Part shown: piece after piece, positions 26,518 through 38,156 of the stretch
Numbering within the stretch: the stretch's first letter is position 1
Layout: each line of letters begins with the position of its first letter
DNA from: an uncultured candidatus Porisulfidus sp.
GTDB taxonomy: Bacteria; Pseudomonadota; Gammaproteobacteria; Poriferisulfidales; Oxydemutatoraceae
Direction: 5' to 3'
DNA: 64,000 nt
Assembly: GCA_965200865.1 (NCBI GenBank)
Contig: CBDAVG010000002.1
Span: 2,130,712 to 2,194,711, forward strand
The notes under the pieces: generated by a model
What the model saw: only the letters and a program-made list of their open reading frames with translations
Told to the model about the DNA's origin: nothing
Database searches by the model: none
Made by a program: the position numbers and the translations under genes

Positions 26518-27052
26518 TGAATTCTAAATCCTCCTCAATGGTTTTTATGCCGACATTGGCACATTCTTCATCTGCTTCGGGAGTTGCGCCGGATACACCT
26601 ATACCACCGTATTGATGTCCGGCAACGATAATCGGCACACCGCCGCCTAAAGTGGTGATGTTCTCATAGTGGTTGAGCTTTTGCGCGTTGGTATCAGTGA
26701 GCGTTGATGTCGCAGCCCCCATCGTTGAAGAAGTATATGCTTTGACGCGGCTAATCATCGGGGTATGAGGTCCTGCCAGCGGGTGGCGGATAAAGAAAAG
26801 CAGTTGACCTTCGCGTGAGGTGATACTCACACCGACTTTGAAACCGCGCCGAGTGCAATCCTCCAGTGCGGTGCTGCCGATTTTCATCACCGACTCGGAG
26901 GTAAGCTGTCTAGTTTCGAGGAAAACTGGCTTGTCTTCGGCAATAGCAACCTGAACCATCAAAAACAAGGTCATGTAGCTAAGCAGCATAGCGGTTTTGA
27001 CGATACACTTTGCATAGTGTTTCATTTTCATAGCTTGTGTGTTTATTTTCAT
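26510..27052 (-). CDS. GlcG/HbpS-like DUF336 (haem-binding family) periplasmic protein
   Basis: 'GGGVPIIVAGHQYGGIGVSGATPEADEECA' DUF336 signature; signal peptide. Confidence 0.65.
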   Translation of the reverse strand: MKINTQAMKMKHYAKCIVKTAMLLSYMTLFLMVQVAIAEDKPVFLETRQLTSESVMKIGSTALEDCTRRGFKVGVSITSREGQLLFFIRHPLAGPHTPMISRVKAYTSSTMGAATSTLTDTNAQKLNHYENITTLGGGVPIIVAGHQYGGIGVSGATPEADEECANVGIKTIEEDLEFSE

Positions 27053-28797
27053 ATTAATTTACTCCATCCTAAGTTTTGGTCTATGTTCACCAGTTTGGGT
27101 GTATTTAGCTTTTTAACCGATGCGACTTTCTTGTCACGCAAGTAATCGGAAACCACATCCCACACTGGTGCTCCCGGCGACTTTGAACCGACAGTTGCCC
27201 ATCCCGACACCTTATAACGTTTGTCGGATTCAATCGCCTCGCCGTTGTCAAGCTGCATGTCGGTAATCCTTTTGCCCATAGTTGCGGTCGGGTCGCAAAC
27301 ATAGTTCATGCCGGTAACACGAACCATGTCTCCTCCTTGTTGCAGATACGGGTCGGCATTAAAGAGATTATCGCATACATCCTCAAAAATTAGTTTCAGC
27401 TGTTGTCCGGTCATCTCAGTTGCATAGGTTTCCGGATAGGTCATGCATGTTTGATCCAATATGTGTTCCATAGTAATATCCTGTCCCGGCAACACCGTCG
27501 TTCCCCAGCGAAAACCCGGTGATAATGCGATTTGTGTATCCAAGCGTTCGTTTAAGGCTTCGCAGATCAGCTGGTCAAAGGTGCCGTTGAAATTGCCACG
27601 GCGATACAGCAAGTCATCGGCAACAGCGATTTTCTCTTCAAGCTTATTTAGGTACGGCTTGCGAACCTGCTCTATATAGTTTTGCATTTCCTGATCGGGT
27701 GTTAGCATATTGGAGAATACCGGCAGTAGGCGATAGCGATAATCTGCAACTTTGTTGTTTTTCACGGTTAAATCCATGACTCCCAAGAACTTGCCGTTGG
27801 AACCGCCGTTGGTAACCAAGGTTCGCCCGCTGCGATTAGAAACTTCCATTGCCTTCAACACACCGTCGTGTGTGTGTCCGCCGAATATGACATCGATGCC
27901 TTCAACGCGCGATGCCAATTTCAAATCAATATCTGCGCCGTTATGCGATAGTAACACTACAACATTGGGCTTTTCTTGGTCGCGGATATCGGCAACGGTT
28001 TCTTGCAACTCGCTCTCGCGTATTCCGAAAGTCCAATCAGGAATAAATCGCTTGGGGTTGGCAATAGGTGTATAGGGATATGCCTGTCCGATGACTGCCA
28101 CGCGCACGCCGTTGAGGTTTTTTATCACATACGGCGGGAATACATGTCCGCTTGCTTCGTCGTAGGCAGGCTTGCCGTCGAACAGTCCTTCTTCGGTCAA
28201 AAAAACATTTTGTGCGACGAAGTCACCGTTGACCTTTTTGAGTCTTTCCATGACTTCGCTATCGTCATAAGTGAACTCCCAGTGTCCGGTCATCACATCC
28301 ACACCCAGCAGGTTGCACGCACCGACCATATCCTCTCCGCGCGTCCAATAAGCGGTGCCTGAGCCTTGCCAGGTGTCGCCGCCATCGAGCAGTAGCGTAC
28401 GATTTTCTCCGGCTTCGGCACGCAGTTGTTTTACTAGACTTGCTAGGTGTGCAAATCCGCCTACCTTCCCATAGCGTTGTGCGTCTTCAATGAAATTCAA
28501 GTAGGTCAACGCGTGTATATAATGCTCGCTTAGTCCCGGATGAAGTTTGAGTAAATTTTTTCCGACCACATGAGGCACGCGTCCTGAGGCATCGCCTATT
28601 CCGATGTTAGTGTTCGGTTCCCGAAAATAAACCGGCAAGAGTTGTGCGTGGCAGTCGGTGAAGTGCAACAACCGGAGGTCTCCAGAAAAAGGAAAGTCAT
28701 AAAAATCTTCGGTTTTAGCAAAAGTTGAGTGCGGTAGCAGACCAGCTGCTGCCGCACTTGACATTAAGGCGATGAATTGACGACGGGTTAAGTTCAT
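27049..28797 (-). CDS. soxB: thiosulfohydrolase SoxB (5'-nucleotidase/metallophosphoesterase family), Tat signal
   Basis: 582 aa; 'RRQFIAL' Tat motif; 'HFTDCHAQL', 'GGDTWQGSG', 'GHWEF', 'SHNG' metallophosphatase motifs; in sox cluster. Confidence 0.85.
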   Translation of the reverse strand: MNLTRRQFIALMSSAAAAGLLPHSTFAKTEDFYDFPFSGDLRLLHFTDCHAQLLPVYFREPNTNIGIGDASGRVPHVVGKNLLKLHPGLSEHYIHALTYLNFIEDAQRYGKVGGFAHLASLVKQLRAEAGENRTLLLDGGDTWQGSGTAYWTRGEDMVGACNLLGVDVMTGHWEFTYDDSEVMERLKKVNGDFVAQNVFLTEEGLFDGKPAYDEASGHVFPPYVIKNLNGVRVAVIGQAYPYTPIANPKRFIPDWTFGIRESELQETVADIRDQEKPNVVVLLSHNGADIDLKLASRVEGIDVIFGGHTHDGVLKAMEVSNRSGRTLVTNGGSNGKFLGVMDLTVKNNKVADYRYRLLPVFSNMLTPDQEMQNYIEQVRKPYLNKLEEKIAVADDLLYRRGNFNGTFDQLICEALNERLDTQIALSPGFRWGTTVLPGQDITMEHILDQTCMTYPETYATEMTGQQLKLIFEDVCDNLFNADPYLQQGGDMVRVTGMNYVCDPTATMGKRITDMQLDNGEAIESDKRYKVSGWATVGSKSPGAPVWDVVSDYLRDKKVASVKKLNTPKLVNIDQNLGWSKLI

Positions 28798-28824
28798 TAA
28801 ACCTGCCGAGTTAAGAGGCTTCGC

Positions 28825-29142
28825 CTACCGTTGCAGGTACGACGGAAGTTGAATTTTGCCTCGCTGAGAGACTGCTTGCTGATAACCTAACTCGCTTTGC
28901 ATTTTAGCTTTCTGAGCCAATTTCATCGCCTCTTCTTCGTTGCCTTCAGCGGCGGCTTTTTGCGCATTGTCTATGAATAGTTGAACATCGCGCCATTCTC
29001 CGCCGACTTCATTTGCTTTTTTCTGCGCCATTATGGCTTCGTTGAGCAATTTTTCAAACTCAGTTTCTGCATTGCCGACGGCGACGAACATTAGCAAGAG
29101 TAGTCCGACCAAGCATTTGGTTATTGGTTTTATATAGCTCAT
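28825..29142 (-). CDS. small periplasmic protein in sox cluster (possibly SoxK-like SoxXA-binding protein)
   Basis: Signal peptide 'MSYIKPITKCLVGLLLLMFVAVGNA'; position between soxA and soxB; annotated longer ORF start overlaps soxA, so trimmed to Met16. Confidence 0.4.
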   Translation of the reverse strand: MSYIKPITKCLVGLLLLMFVAVGNAETEFEKLLNEAIMAQKKANEVGGEWRDVQLFIDNAQKAAAEGNEEEAMKLAQKAKMQSELGYQQAVSQRGKIQLPSYLQR

Positions 29143-29155
29143 TGCGTCTCCTGGT

Positions 29156-29995
29156 TTATTTTCTAGCCGACGGTCCGTTGAATTCAAGTCCGTTGCTCAG
29201 AGACATATGGAAATATTCCAAATTACGATATTCCTCTCCTTGAGCTGCAAATGGCTTGGCACGTACTTGTTTGTTGCATCCAGTATAACGTCGATGTAGG
29301 GTGCCGATGTCGTTCCACTTTGACCTATATACCGGCCAGCCGGTTGTTTGTCCCATCACTGGGCTGAGGATTTCGGTTCGCAAGCTCATGCCGGCATTAT
29401 TGAAGTGGCAATGTGCACACGAGAAATTCAACTGTCCGCGTCGTGCAAAGTAAAATTCTTTGCCTTTGTTATACGCCTCCATTGCTTTGGGATCGTCCTC
29501 TGGCACAACAACGTTTATCACTTTTCCACGGCTTTGATATGCGATATAAGCCCACAATGAAGCAATCGGAGCTGCCTTGTAAGCCAACGGGGCTTCGCCA
29601 TGACTCTCGCGGCATTGATTGATTGCCAAAGGCAAAGTCATCACCATGCCTTGTTCTTTATCCCAATGCGGGTATTTGTGGCCTATCACTGGTCCATCGG
29701 GGAAACAGTCTTTATAACCTTTGCCGTTTGCAAAGGGTTCGCTCCACATTTCCTCGCCGATATCCACATATCTCAAATAGGGTGGAAACTCTTCTATGGC
29801 TTCCCAGTTTTGACGCATCTCCTCGCTCAACGCGTAGTAGCCGTTTTTGAATTCGGCAGGATCAATGTTTGGGAATTTAGCTTTCAGATAATCTTGATAA
29901 TGCTCGATATCTGCTTTATAGTCGGCCACCGCATAGCTACCAAAAGCGAATGCGATAGCTGTTACTAAAGTAATTAAAATATGTCTTTTTTTCAT
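29156..29995 (-). CDS. soxA: SoxA monohaem cytochrome c
   Basis: 279 aa, signal peptide, 'CAHCH' haem site, SoxA-like length and context. Confidence 0.8.
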   Translation of the reverse strand: MKKRHILITLVTAIAFAFGSYAVADYKADIEHYQDYLKAKFPNIDPAEFKNGYYALSEEMRQNWEAIEEFPPYLRYVDIGEEMWSEPFANGKGYKDCFPDGPVIGHKYPHWDKEQGMVMTLPLAINQCRESHGEAPLAYKAAPIASLWAYIAYQSRGKVINVVVPEDDPKAMEAYNKGKEFYFARRGQLNFSCAHCHFNNAGMSLRTEILSPVMGQTTGWPVYRSKWNDIGTLHRRYTGCNKQVRAKPFAAQGEEYRNLEYFHMSLSNGLEFNGPSARK

Positions 29996-30007
29996 GGGTA
30001 TCTCCGT

Positions 30008-30319
30008 TTATTTAATGGGAACGGTCAAAGAGTCCGAAGCTCCAGCGTTGTCTGTCCAGCTGAGCTTCAACTCATCACCGGCTTCGGCTCCTTTGAACCT
30101 GAAAGAAATGTAGGGGTTGGCGGCAATTCCTGATCCCCACTCGGCAGAGAACACAACTCTGCCGTTGGCCTCTGCGGTCAAATTCTCAATATAATGTGCC
30201 GGTATCGGATTACCTTTTTTGTCTTTTCTGATACCAGTCTCCATAGGATGTTTTATCAAGGCTTTGACCTCTATATGATCACCTTCTATTTTGGTGCGAA
30301 TTTTCATAGAATCGGACAT
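30008..30319 (-). CDS. soxZ: SoxZ
   Basis: 103 aa 'IKHPMETG...IPAHYI...NPYISFRFKG'. Confidence 0.85.
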   Translation of the reverse strand: MSDSMKIRTKIEGDHIEVKALIKHPMETGIRKDKKGNPIPAHYIENLTAEANGRVVFSAEWGSGIAANPYISFRFKGAEAGDELKLSWTDNAGASDSLTVPIK

Positions 30320-30344
30320 CTTAACTCCTCGCTTTTCAACTGCC

Positions 30345-30803
30345 TTAACCGCCGCAACCGCCGATTGTCACTTTGACAAGTTCAGTTGCTTTGTAGTGTT
30401 TACCGTCCGCAGTCACCAACGCGATCACATCAGAAGTGCCCATCATTTTGATTCGCGTTGAGATGTACGGGTCGGAAGCTTTGTGAAACTTATAACTAGA
30501 AGTCAGCGGCAAAGGGTTTTTTTCAACCAAGAGGCTAATCGCATCAACGTTGTCCATATCAACTTCCACTGAGATTGGTACCACAGCACCATTCTCCGAT
30601 ATGGTAGGTGCCTTGATGTGAATATGCTCTTTGTCTTCAATCACCTCGGCATCTCCGACTAGTTCTTTAATGCTCTCGTCTAGTGATTTTGACCCAAATG
30701 CTTCTTCGGATACTCGGGCTGCAAACAGAGATTGCGGCCACCAGCTTGCAAGCAACAGACCTGTGCCTGTTCCTATCAGTAGTTTTCTCCTTGTTTTATC
30801 CAT
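30345..30803 (-). CDS. soxY: SoxY sulfur carrier (Tat signal, C-terminal GGCGG)
   Basis: ends 'VKVTIGGCGG'; 'RRKLLIG' Tat motif. Confidence 0.9.
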   Translation of the reverse strand: MDKTRRKLLIGTGTGLLLASWWPQSLFAARVSEEAFGSKSLDESIKELVGDAEVIEDKEHIHIKAPTISENGAVVPISVEVDMDNVDAISLLVEKNPLPLTSSYKFHKASDPYISTRIKMMGTSDVIALVTADGKHYKATELVKVTIGGCGG

Positions 30804-30843
30804 TTTTCAATCCTCCTTTAATAGGTTGTGATGGTTCGGGTGT

Positions 30844-31230
30844 TCATAGTGTGTAAACATATTCGGTAATTTTATCTATTTCTTCTTCGCTCAGAATTTG
30901 ATGCTTGCCAAACGGCGGCATCGCAGCTTCGGGCGCAGATAGAGTGATATCCCAAATGCGCTTTCGTAACTCGGCTTTGGGGTATCGTACTTTCATTCCA
31001 ACCAAAGCCGGACCAATGTTGCCCGGGGATTCGGCACCGACGATGTAATGACACGAGACGCAGTTACCTTTTTTTCTGTCAAAGGTAAGTGCTTTGCCTT
31101 CTTCAACCATGTGCATCTCGCTGTGTTCTTCCGAAATTGTCGTTATCGGAAACAATAACGCAACTGCACACGCAATGGCAACAATTTTTAAGATGCGGTT
31201 TCTTATCTTCTGCATTTCATTCCTCCACAA
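30844..31230 (-). CDS. soxX: SoxX monohaem cytochrome c
   Basis: 128 aa, 'CVSCH' haem motif, first gene of the minus-strand sox cluster. Confidence 0.75.
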   Translation of the reverse strand: MWRNEMQKIRNRILKIVAIACAVALLFPITTISEEHSEMHMVEEGKALTFDRKKGNCVSCHYIVGAESPGNIGPALVGMKVRYPKAELRKRIWDITLSAPEAAMPPFGKHQILSEEEIDKITEYVYTL

Positions 31231-31370
31231 AATGTTATATCAAAATAAGTTACCTTTGATTATATAGTAGTTAATAGCTTAAATATTAAAAAAATATGGA
31301 AATTTAGGCATAAATTTTATAGACAAGAATAATAGGATTTTTTTATGTTCATACCTTAGTTCCAAATGTG

Positions 31371-33486
<2,116 letters not shown>

Positions 33487-33550
33487 TATTCTGTTCGTAT
33501 AAGAATACAAAATAATACATTATTAAACTGTGATAATAAATGATAGTGTG

Positions 33551-33610
33551 AAAATAAAAAAGAGCCGGGGACATAGTCCCCGGCAAAGGGGTCGTGGTAA
33601 TCATTACCAC
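33551..33610 (-). terminator. rho-independent terminator (two hairpins, then U-tract on the minus strand) downstream of dnaX; possible 3' end of an sRNA
   Basis: 'gccggggacatagtccccggc' (33564-84) followed on the minus strand by 'tcttttttatttt'; second perfect hairpin 'gtggtaatcattaccac'. Confidence 0.5.
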
Positions 33611-33930
33611 TTTCTAAGGAGGGTTTGACATCCTGTCGCCGAGTTCAGGGGGGATCTCAGCAATTGATATAGTTTAATCTAAATAGCCTTTTCTCATGCA
33701 AAAAAATACTGTAGACCAAACTAAAGCTAACATTAAAAATTCCATTAATTTGACTCCTATATCTAAGGTTTATTACATCATTCGTATATAAGTATATCAT
33801 AATATGCTTATATAGCAATACTATTTCAAGGTTTTTTTAGAGTATTTTTTATTCTATTGATTTTATGCGATTTATAGGCAGAAAAAATGAGAGGTCAGGC
33901 AAGATCAGTGCAATTCTGTAATCGTATTTG

Positions 33931-35595
33931 TTAATTTCCGCTAGGTTCTATGGGCTTGGTTGTATTGGATATCACTTGTGCGCCCAGCTTTTCTTGTAGT
34001 GCTTGCACATTAGGATCTTTTTTAATAGACATTTCTGCGTCATGTTGCCTTTGTTGGTTTATTTTTTCATCTTCAGAAATTGGCGTTGCATTGGGTTGGG
34101 TATATTTGAACATTAATTCCACATCGCTACCGTTGAGTTGTTTAAGTTTATTCAATATCTCCACTTTGATATCTTCGCTACATAGATCTTTAATGTCAGG
34201 GGGAACCTCTATGGTAGCTTGATTATCGGACTCAATGACTAGTGACGAGTGAAGGCATATTGCTTGGGCTGGCCCCTTAAGTTTGGATGCCTCTACATAG
34301 TGCCGCCAGTCTTCTATGCTTTTGCAGTCCAAAAGATTCTTTTGTTGTCTCGATCTGTCATGGGCAGATAAGTCTCCATCCGAAGTTTGTGTATTTTTGT
34401 TTGGGTGGGATACTTTGGCGGCGGTGCCGGTCAGAGGTTTAGATTGAGGTATAGCAGTGCTTGTGGTTGCTTGGATTTGTCTGTGCTTAGGCTGAGAGGC
34501 TGACTCTGCATGGAACGGCACGAAGCACACCATTTTCAGCATGGTCATCTCAAAGGCAGCTTTATAATCCGAGACCACTGCCATATCACGTTTAGCAGCC
34601 AATGCAAACTGATAATATAGTTGAGTATCCTCTGGCTTAAGCGCAGTTGCCAACTCAGCGACATCTGCCTCTTCAAATTGAGGCGGCAATTCAGCCTTGG
34701 GCAATGCTTGACGCAATGCGATTTGATGCAATAAGGCAATCAATTCCCGAAGCACATCGTTAAAGTCCACGCCCGCTTGATAAATCTCTGTGCTCATATC
34801 AATCACTCCAGATATATCCTGATCGGCAACGCGTTTAAGCAAGTTTGCAACCTGCGTTCTGGATGCGGTACCCAACATAGTCTTTACCTCTTTGTCTTTG
34901 AGTGCGCCGTTTCCATAAGAGATCGCTTGATCCAATAGGCTTAATGCATCTCGGACACTACCGTCGGCAGCAACGGCAATTTCGTTTAGTGCATCTTCTT
35001 CAAATGCAATCTCTTCTTTGCTGAGCATTTTTGCAAGGTAATCTCTGATGGCGGTATAAGGCAGGCGCAATAGATTGAAATGCAAACAGCGCGACAAGAT
35101 CGTCACTGGTATCTTTTGTGGGTGAGTAGTTGCAAAGAAAAATTTTATATGTTCGGGTGGCTCTTCCAAAGTTTTAAGCAGTGCGTTGAAGCTACTGATA
35201 GACAACATGTGCACTTCGTCTATTAGATAGATTTTATAAGTGCCGACATTCGGTGCATAAGGGACTTGATCTAGTAGCTCACGCATGTTTTCCACTCCAG
35301 TACGCGATGCCGCATCAACTTCAATTAGATCCACATAGCGACCGGCATCGGTCTGCATGCAAGCGGCACATTGATTACACGGGACTGCGCTCACACCTTC
35401 TTCGCAGTTAAAACATTTAGCCAGTATTCTAGCCAAAGTGGTTTTGCCTACGCCACGAGTGCCGCTGAACAAATAGGCGTGATGTAGCCGACCAAGAGAT
35501 AAAGCATTTTGTAATGCTTGAACGATATGCTGTTGCCCCACGACCTCCTCAAAAGTACGCGGCCGCCATTTACGCGCAAGAACCTGATAACTCAT
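33931..35595 (-). CDS. dnaX: DNA polymerase III subunits gamma/tau
   Basis: 'MSYQVLARKWRPRTF...GTRGVGKTT...' ; annotated ORF start at 35643 overlaps the SRP RNA, so trimmed to the conserved MSYQ start. Confidence 0.9.
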   Translation of the reverse strand: MSYQVLARKWRPRTFEEVVGQQHIVQALQNALSLGRLHHAYLFSGTRGVGKTTLARILAKCFNCEEGVSAVPCNQCAACMQTDAGRYVDLIEVDAASRTGVENMRELLDQVPYAPNVGTYKIYLIDEVHMLSISSFNALLKTLEEPPEHIKFFFATTHPQKIPVTILSRCLHFNLLRLPYTAIRDYLAKMLSKEEIAFEEDALNEIAVAADGSVRDALSLLDQAISYGNGALKDKEVKTMLGTASRTQVANLLKRVADQDISGVIDMSTEIYQAGVDFNDVLRELIALLHQIALRQALPKAELPPQFEEADVAELATALKPEDTQLYYQFALAAKRDMAVVSDYKAAFEMTMLKMVCFVPFHAESASQPKHRQIQATTSTAIPQSKPLTGTAAKVSHPNKNTQTSDGDLSAHDRSRQQKNLLDCKSIEDWRHYVEASKLKGPAQAICLHSSLVIESDNQATIEVPPDIKDLCSEDIKVEILNKLKQLNGSDVELMFKYTQPNATPISEDEKINQQRQHDAEMSIKKDPNVQALQEKLGAQVISNTTKPIEPSGN

Positions 35596-35611
35596 TTGTT
35601 TGATTATGATA

Positions 35612-35724
35612 GAAAGCCTCCCGCGACCGCTAATCTTCGGCACCCAGTCCCATTGCTACCGTTGCTTCCTTCCGAACCTGGCGGGGTTCACAACAAACTG
35701 CCGCGAAGGAGCCGTCGCGAAAGA
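35612..35724 (-). ncRNA. ffs: signal recognition particle RNA (4.5S, ffs)
   Basis: Minus strand '...ccaggttcGGAAggaagcaacggtagcaatgggactgg...' matches SRP domain IV (E. coli 'CCAGGUCCGGAAGGAAGCAGCCAAGGCAG'); 5'/3' arms 'cgcgacggctccttcgcggcag' / 'ctgggtgccgaagattagcggtcgcggg' pair; TATAAT -10 at 35732-37 (minus); usual position upstream of dnaX. Confidence 0.6.
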
Positions 35725-35744
35725 CTACAATATTATACCTTATC

Positions 35745-36290
35745 TGGGGCTGTTGAAAAAGTATCTGCATCAGTACATTCCCCTCCTTTGGAGGGGTGGC
35801 AGGCCTATGCATCTTGTAATGTATGCGTCTAGCAATCATGCTAGGGTTCTGCACAATGTCACGCCGATTGACCTACTGGCTCAATCGGCGGTTCTATCTG
35901 ACGGGGTGGTTGTTAAGGTTCTGAACAATGTCACGCCGATTGACCTACTGGCTCAATCGGCGGTTCTATTTTTCAACAGTCTCACATGGGACTGTTGAAA
36001 AAGTACTATCATTGCACAAATTGAACCACTATGTGCTATATAATTTATGAAAACCGTAAGGGCGGATTTATATATCCGCCCTACGGTACCGTCCTGCAAA
36101 ACCGTAACCGCTTTGCGCCACAAGATTATGGTTTGCATAAATTTGATGGATGAATGTATAAATCGTGCAAGTACGTCGCGTTAGGGCGGATATATAAATC
36201 CGCCCCTACGGTGTATGGAATACTTTTTCAACAGTCCCACATGCCCTCCCCTACGGCTCAAGGATACTTCTTCAACAGCCCTGCAAGGGT
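35745..36290. repeat. MITE cluster including a complete MITE 35988..36238 flanked by ACAT direct repeats, hairpin A x2, hairpin B x2, hairpin E
   Basis: 'acat|gggactgttgaaaaagta ... tactttttcaacagtccc|acatgccctccc'. Confidence 0.7.
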
Positions 36291-36364
36291 GGTTTTGTAA
36301 TGCGAATCGCAACATAAATAATATCGCCCACTGTTTAATTCAAAGTGTTAAAATTATAGGTGAG

Positions 36365-37492
36365 ATGGGCATTTCCGGGGTGGCACAAACACGCTTAAAT
36401 GCGATGTTGAAAGAATTTCAGACACTGGCGCAAAGTCAGGTCGGATATCCTTGTAATCAGAAATTTGATTATTCGGAACTATCGATTTTTATGCGCTATT
36501 GTTTGAACAATGTCGGCGACCCTTTTCACGAAAGTAATTTCCGCAGCAACACCCACCGAATAGAACAAGAAGTTATCGCTGAATTCGCTGACTTGATGCA
36601 TCTGCCGCAAGCGCAGGCTTGGGGCTATGTTACGTCTGGCGGCACTGAAGGCAACATGTACGGTTTGTATTTGGGGCGCGAGTTATATCCGAAAGGTGTT
36701 GTGTATTTTTCTCAGGATACGCACTATAGTGTACTCAAAATTTTGCATGTACTCAATGTGCGCAACATCATGATCAAAAGCCAAGATAACGGTGAAATAG
36801 ATTACGATGACCTTTACGAGACCATACGCATACACCGAGATGTCCCGGTCATTTTCATGGCGAATATTGGGACGACGATGAAGGGTGCGGTGGACGATTT
36901 AACCAAAGTGCGCAACATACTGAATGATTTAACGGTCAACAATTTTTACATACATGCAGATGCTGCGTTAAGCGGTATGATCTTAGCTTTTGTCGATGAC
37001 CCGCAACCTTACGATTTTGATGCCGGTATAGACAGCATAGCAATCAGCGGTCATAAATTAATTGGTGCGCCGTTGCCGTGCGGTGTAGTGCTAACCCGAC
37101 GCGACTATGTCAACCGTATCGCTCGTGCGATTGAATATGTCGGTGTTTTAGATACTACTTTGCCGGGGTCGCGCAACGCATTAACCCCTCTGATGTTATG
37201 GTACGCGTTTGAGAAGTACGGTCATGATGGCTTTAAGGAAATAGTGGCAGAAATGCTTGCGGTTGCCGAATATGCGGTGCTACGTTTCAACAAATTCGGT
37301 GTCAAGGCATGGCGGAACAAAAACTCCGCCACGGTCGTTATTCCTAAACCTTCGGCTACTTTTCTGCACAACTGGCAAATTGCCTCGCAAGGAGAAATCG
37401 CCCATATCATCACCATGCCCCATGTAGACCGCCCGCTGGTAGACCGACTGGTGGATGAATATATAAAAGACCGACAGACACAAGCGGCATAG
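36365..37492 (+). CDS. hdc: histidine decarboxylase (PLP-dependent, group II)
   Basis: Aligns along its length to Gram-negative Hdc ('WGYVTSGGTEGNMYGLYLGRE', 'IDYDDL', 'HADAALSGMIL', 'SGHKLIGAPLPCGV'); annotated ORF start 36215 lies in a MITE, so trimmed. Confidence 0.85.
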   Translation: MGISGVAQTRLNAMLKEFQTLAQSQVGYPCNQKFDYSELSIFMRYCLNNVGDPFHESNFRSNTHRIEQEVIAEFADLMHLPQAQAWGYVTSGGTEGNMYGLYLGRELYPKGVVYFSQDTHYSVLKILHVLNVRNIMIKSQDNGEIDYDDLYETIRIHRDVPVIFMANIGTTMKGAVDDLTKVRNILNDLTVNNFYIHADAALSGMILAFVDDPQPYDFDAGIDSIAISGHKLIGAPLPCGVVLTRRDYVNRIARAIEYVGVLDTTLPGSRNALTPLMLWYAFEKYGHDGFKEIVAEMLAVAEYAVLRFNKFGVKAWRNKNSATVVIPKPSATFLHNWQIASQGEIAHIITMPHVDRPLVDRLVDEYIKDRQTQAA

Positions 37493-37506
37493 GGAAAAGC
37501 CTTATC

Positions 37507-37899
37507 GTGAAAAGAATTATCATCATGGCGGAGAACAGAGTGGGTGTTATTGCCGACATCGGCAAAGTACTCGCCGACAATAATATCAACATAGAAACGC
37601 TGGATGCCGAAAGCACAGGAGACGACGGAATCGTTATCTTATCAACCGATGATCCCGATGGTGCTTTACACGCATTGACATACGCTGGATTTAAGGCGGT
37701 GAGCGACGAGGCATTAATCCTCAAATTGAAGGACGAACCGGGCGCACTTGCCAAAATTGCCGAGCAATTCAAACAATCTAATCTTGATATACGCAGCTTC
37801 CATATACTTGATCGCCAAGCAGGCTATTCTATGGTTGCGTTGACGACCGACGATAGAGAAAAAGCTCAAGCCCTAATAGACGACAAATACATCATATAA
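37507..37899 (+). CDS. ACT-domain protein
   Basis: 'IIIMAENRVGVIADIGKVLADNNINIETLDAE' ACT fold; 130 aa. Confidence 0.6.
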   Translation: MKRIIIMAENRVGVIADIGKVLADNNINIETLDAESTGDDGIVILSTDDPDGALHALTYAGFKAVSDEALILKLKDEPGALAKIAEQFKQSNLDIRSFHILDRQAGYSMVALTTDDREKAQALIDDKYII

Positions 37900-37919
37900 A
37901 TATGAGCCTGTTAAAAATA

Positions 37920-38150
37920 ATGCGGAACCACAACTTAGACTACATGTGTAGGGGAGGGCTAGCATGCCCTCCCTAAAGTACCGTTCTGCACCAACAAAAC
38001 CGCTTGCGTCACTTGGTTTTGGTTTCCATGAATTGGATGGTGTACGAAGGATAATGTACGACAAGCAACCATGTTAAGGTTCTGCACAATGTTACGCCGT
38101 TTGTTGCAGCGGCAACAATAGGCAGTTCTATTTTGTAACAGCTCCAATAT
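37920..38150. repeat. repeat cluster (family-D palindrome, 'caccaacaaaaccgcttgcgtcacttggttttggtttccat' module, hairpin 'gccgtttgttgcagcggcaacaa')
   Basis: shared modules. Confidence 0.6.
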
Positions 38151-38156
38151 TGATAT

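Noticed and set aside
36215-36364. Long N-terminal extensions of hdc (36215), pyrB (16236), dnaX (35643), SoxYZ-fusion (41998) and tgt/queA as annotated in the ORF track
   Set aside because: Extensions run into MITEs or the ffs RNA and are not conserved relative to family N-termini. Downstream Met starts matching canonical N-termini were used.
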